A stretch of 20,000 bases of DNA from an uncultured virus (IMG/VR IMGVR_UViG_3300030060_006061). Its lineage: Duplodnaviria; Heunggongvirae; Uroviricota; Caudoviricetes. The notes under the pieces were generated by a model that saw only the letters and a program-made list of their open reading frames with translations, was not told the DNA's origin and ran no database searches. The stretch lies in IMG/VR virus record IMGVR_UViG_3300030060_006061, positions 54,644 to 74,643 of that record; one strand, 5' to 3'. Position 1 is the first letter of the stretch. Each line of letters begins with the position of its first letter. The translations under genes and the position numbers were made by a program. Of the stretch, positions 18,194 through 20,000 are shown in pieces.

Positions 18194-19221
18194 CGGAACA
18201 AAGACCAATACAACCAACTCCCGTAGGAGCATTAAGATTTAATACTGATAGCGCGAAGTTAGAATATTTTGATGGAAATCAATATGTAAACATCACAACT
18301 GATTCACCCGAACAAAATACTGGTGGAACTCGTGGAGTAATGGCTGGTGGTGGATTCCCAAACACTGATGTAATTGATTTTGTAAACATAGATACAACTG
18401 GAAATGCAGTAGATTTTGGTGATCTAACTCGTGGTCTTTACTTGGTGCAAGCAGTTGCATCAAGAACAAGGGGATTATTTCATGGTTCTCATCAATCACC
18501 CGATCCAACTAGAAATAATCAAATAGAATTTGTAACCATAGCATCACAGGGAAATGCAGCAGATTTTGGTGATTTAACTGAGCAGGGTCATGGGTATAAT
18601 TCGGGAAGTGGTAGTAGTACTAGAGGAATATTTACTATACAAAATACATCTTCTAATACTGCTAATAATACAATAAATTATGTAACCATCGCACAAAATG
18701 GAAATGCAGTTGATTTTGGTGATCTTACTTTTGCAAGATCTGCTGCGAAAGGCAATGTAAGTTCACCTGTTCGTTCATGTTGGGCTGGAGGTCAAAATCC
18801 CTCTATTTCATCTCCTAGTGCGACTGATGTTATAGATTATATTATGATCGCAACAACTGGAAATGCAGCAGATTTTGGTGATTTAACACAAGCATCAAGA
18901 GAGGGAACAGGATGCTCGAATTGTATAAGGGGTTTTTACTTTTCTGGTTCGAGTGGAACTGATAATCAAATAGAATTTATAACCATTGCGACTCTAGGTA
19001 ATGCCATTGATTTTGGAGACCTTTCTTACAGTGCTGAAGCAGCAGGTGGTGGAGCATCACCAACTCGTGCAATATCTGCAGGAGGGACAGATAGTGGTGG
19101 TAAAGATACTATTGATTATTGGCAAATAAGCACGTTAGGGAATGCAGTTGATTTTGGTGATCGCACCGTATCGAAATATGGTTGTGGTGTTGCTTCAAAT
19201 GGACATGGAGGTTTAGGATAA
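18190..19221 (+). CDS. Kelch-like propeller protein, B-type leader (343 aa)
   Basis: ATGA overlap. Leader TPVGALRFNTDSAKLEYFDGNQY; six repeats; ends NGHGGLG. Confidence 0.85.
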   Translation: MTEQRPIQPTPVGALRFNTDSAKLEYFDGNQYVNITTDSPEQNTGGTRGVMAGGGFPNTDVIDFVNIDTTGNAVDFGDLTRGLYLVQAVASRTRGLFHGSHQSPDPTRNNQIEFVTIASQGNAADFGDLTEQGHGYNSGSGSSTRGIFTIQNTSSNTANNTINYVTIAQNGNAVDFGDLTFARSAAKGNVSSPVRSCWAGGQNPSISSPSATDVIDYIMIATTGNAADFGDLTQASREGTGCSNCIRGFYFSGSSGTDNQIEFITIATLGNAIDFGDLSYSAEAAGGGASPTRAISAGGTDSGGKDTIDYWQISTLGNAVDFGDRTVSKYGCGVASNGHGGLG

Positions 19222-20000
19222 TGTCAGAACTCAGAATTAACAACATCACAGACACTGCAGGGTCAAGTGGGCCAATTATTGCTGGTGTATCAACAGTCAC
19301 ATCAACATCACACATGGTCATGCCAAGTGGCTCAACAGAAATGCGTGGTGGAAGAGGAAGAGGAGTTACAGGTGGTGGATATCCCTCTTATAGAAATTTT
19401 ATGAATAAAATTGAAATAGCAACCACAGGAGATGCAATTGATTTTGGTGATATTACTAAAGAACTTAGAGGGCCATCGGATGGAGTATCCTCATCAACAA
19501 GAGGTCTTTTTGGGGGTGGTTTAGTAGCACCTAATAATGCCAGTCAAACTGTGATTTCATATGTCGTAATCTCCTCTGAAGGTGGTGCAAATGATTTTGG
19601 TGATTTGTCAAGAGACAGATTTATGATAAAAGGTCATTCAAATAATACTCGTGGAATATTTACTGGTGGATACGCAGTATCTCCATCTGTTCATGTTAAT
19701 AATATAGATTTTGTAAATATCGCATCAACAGGAGATGCAAATGATTTTGGTGATATATCTGCTACACCCCCAAGAAGCACGTTTGGTTCGGGATCATCAC
19801 CAACGAGAGGAGTATTTGGTGGAGGATATTATGGTGCACCGGGCACAGATGTAGCTGACATTGAGTTCATTACTTTTGCAACAAAAGGTAATTCTGAAAC
19901 TTTTGGTAATTTGAGTGCTGCGAGAAGAAATCTTGGGGGTGTCTCATCATCAACAAGAGCACTATTTGCTGGTGGTAATAATGGGTCTGGAACAAGTAAT
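19221..20000 (+). CDS. Kelch-like propeller protein, A-type leader, 3'-truncated (not in ORF track)
   Basis: Manual translation from ATG 19221 gives MSELRINNITDTAGSSGPIIAGVSTVTSTSHMVMPSGSTEMRGGRGRGVTGGG...IEIATTGDAIDFGD..., open to the window end. Closest to 17144 (shared ISSxGGANDFG). Confidence 0.85.
   Translation, partial: MSELRINNITDTAGSSGPIIAGVSTVTSTSHMVMPSGSTEMRGGRGRGVTGGGYPSYRNFMNKIEIATTGDAIDFGDITKELRGPSDGVSSSTRGLFGGGLVAPNNASQTVISYVVISSEGGANDFGDLSRDRFMIKGHSNNTRGIFTGGYAVSPSVHVNNIDFVNIASTGDANDFGDISATPPRSTFGSGSSPTRGVFGGGYYGAPGTDVADIEFITFATKGNSETFGNLSAARRNLGGVSSSTRALFAGGNNGSGTSN

Noticed and set aside
126..19160. CRISPR-like periodic DNA repeats (GATTTTGGTGA about every 145 bp)
   Set aside because: The repeats are in frame, vary mainly at synonymous positions and are fully explained by the protein repeat. 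Spacing is too long for CRISPR and no cas genes are present.
361..19221. Galactose oxidase, NanM or eukaryotic BTB-Kelch assignment
   Set aside because: Only the generic Kelch-like pattern is shared. No BTB or F-box domain, signal peptide or conserved catalytic residue set is evident, so no gene symbol is assigned.
1..20000. Diversity-generating retroelement or invertible (shufflon) cassette system
   Set aside because: I saw no reverse transcriptase or recombinase, no ~100-bp template/variable repeat pair differing only at adenines, and no inverted genes in this window. One outside the window cannot be excluded.
1..20000. Pseudogenes, frameshifts or programmed readthrough fusing adjacent paralogs
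   Set aside because: Every complete paralog has six repeats and a consistent C-terminal motif followed by a stop and a new start. No broken frames were seen.

Overview
This AT-rich, densely packed window is coded entirely on the + strand and looks like a structural or hypervariable region of a marine T4-like myovirus, probably a cyanophage. That assignment is inferred from tail-fibre-type motifs and TAAATA late-promoter-like sites; no core marker gene is present. About 16.5 kb is a tandem array of at least 15 paralogous genes (13 complete, 2 truncated by the window edges). Each complete gene ends in six ~48-aa Kelch-like repeats (R-G-h-h-x-GG...IDF(V/I)TI-x-(S/T)-x-GNA-x-DFGDL) and a C-terminal H(G/A)GL motif, predicting a 6-bladed beta-propeller. 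The N-terminal leaders are modular: module A only, module B only, or A+B fused. A-only and B-only genes occur as adjacent pairs, and two A genes carry a LamG/ConA-like domain inserted in module A. The array is interrupted at 9402-12651 by a 4-gene cassette (coiled-coil protein, GT-A glycosyltransferase-like protein, Thr/Ser-rich protein, PAPS-dependent sulfotransferase) preceded by a sigma70-like promoter. No rRNA, tRNA, CRISPR array, reverse transcriptase or transposase was seen.
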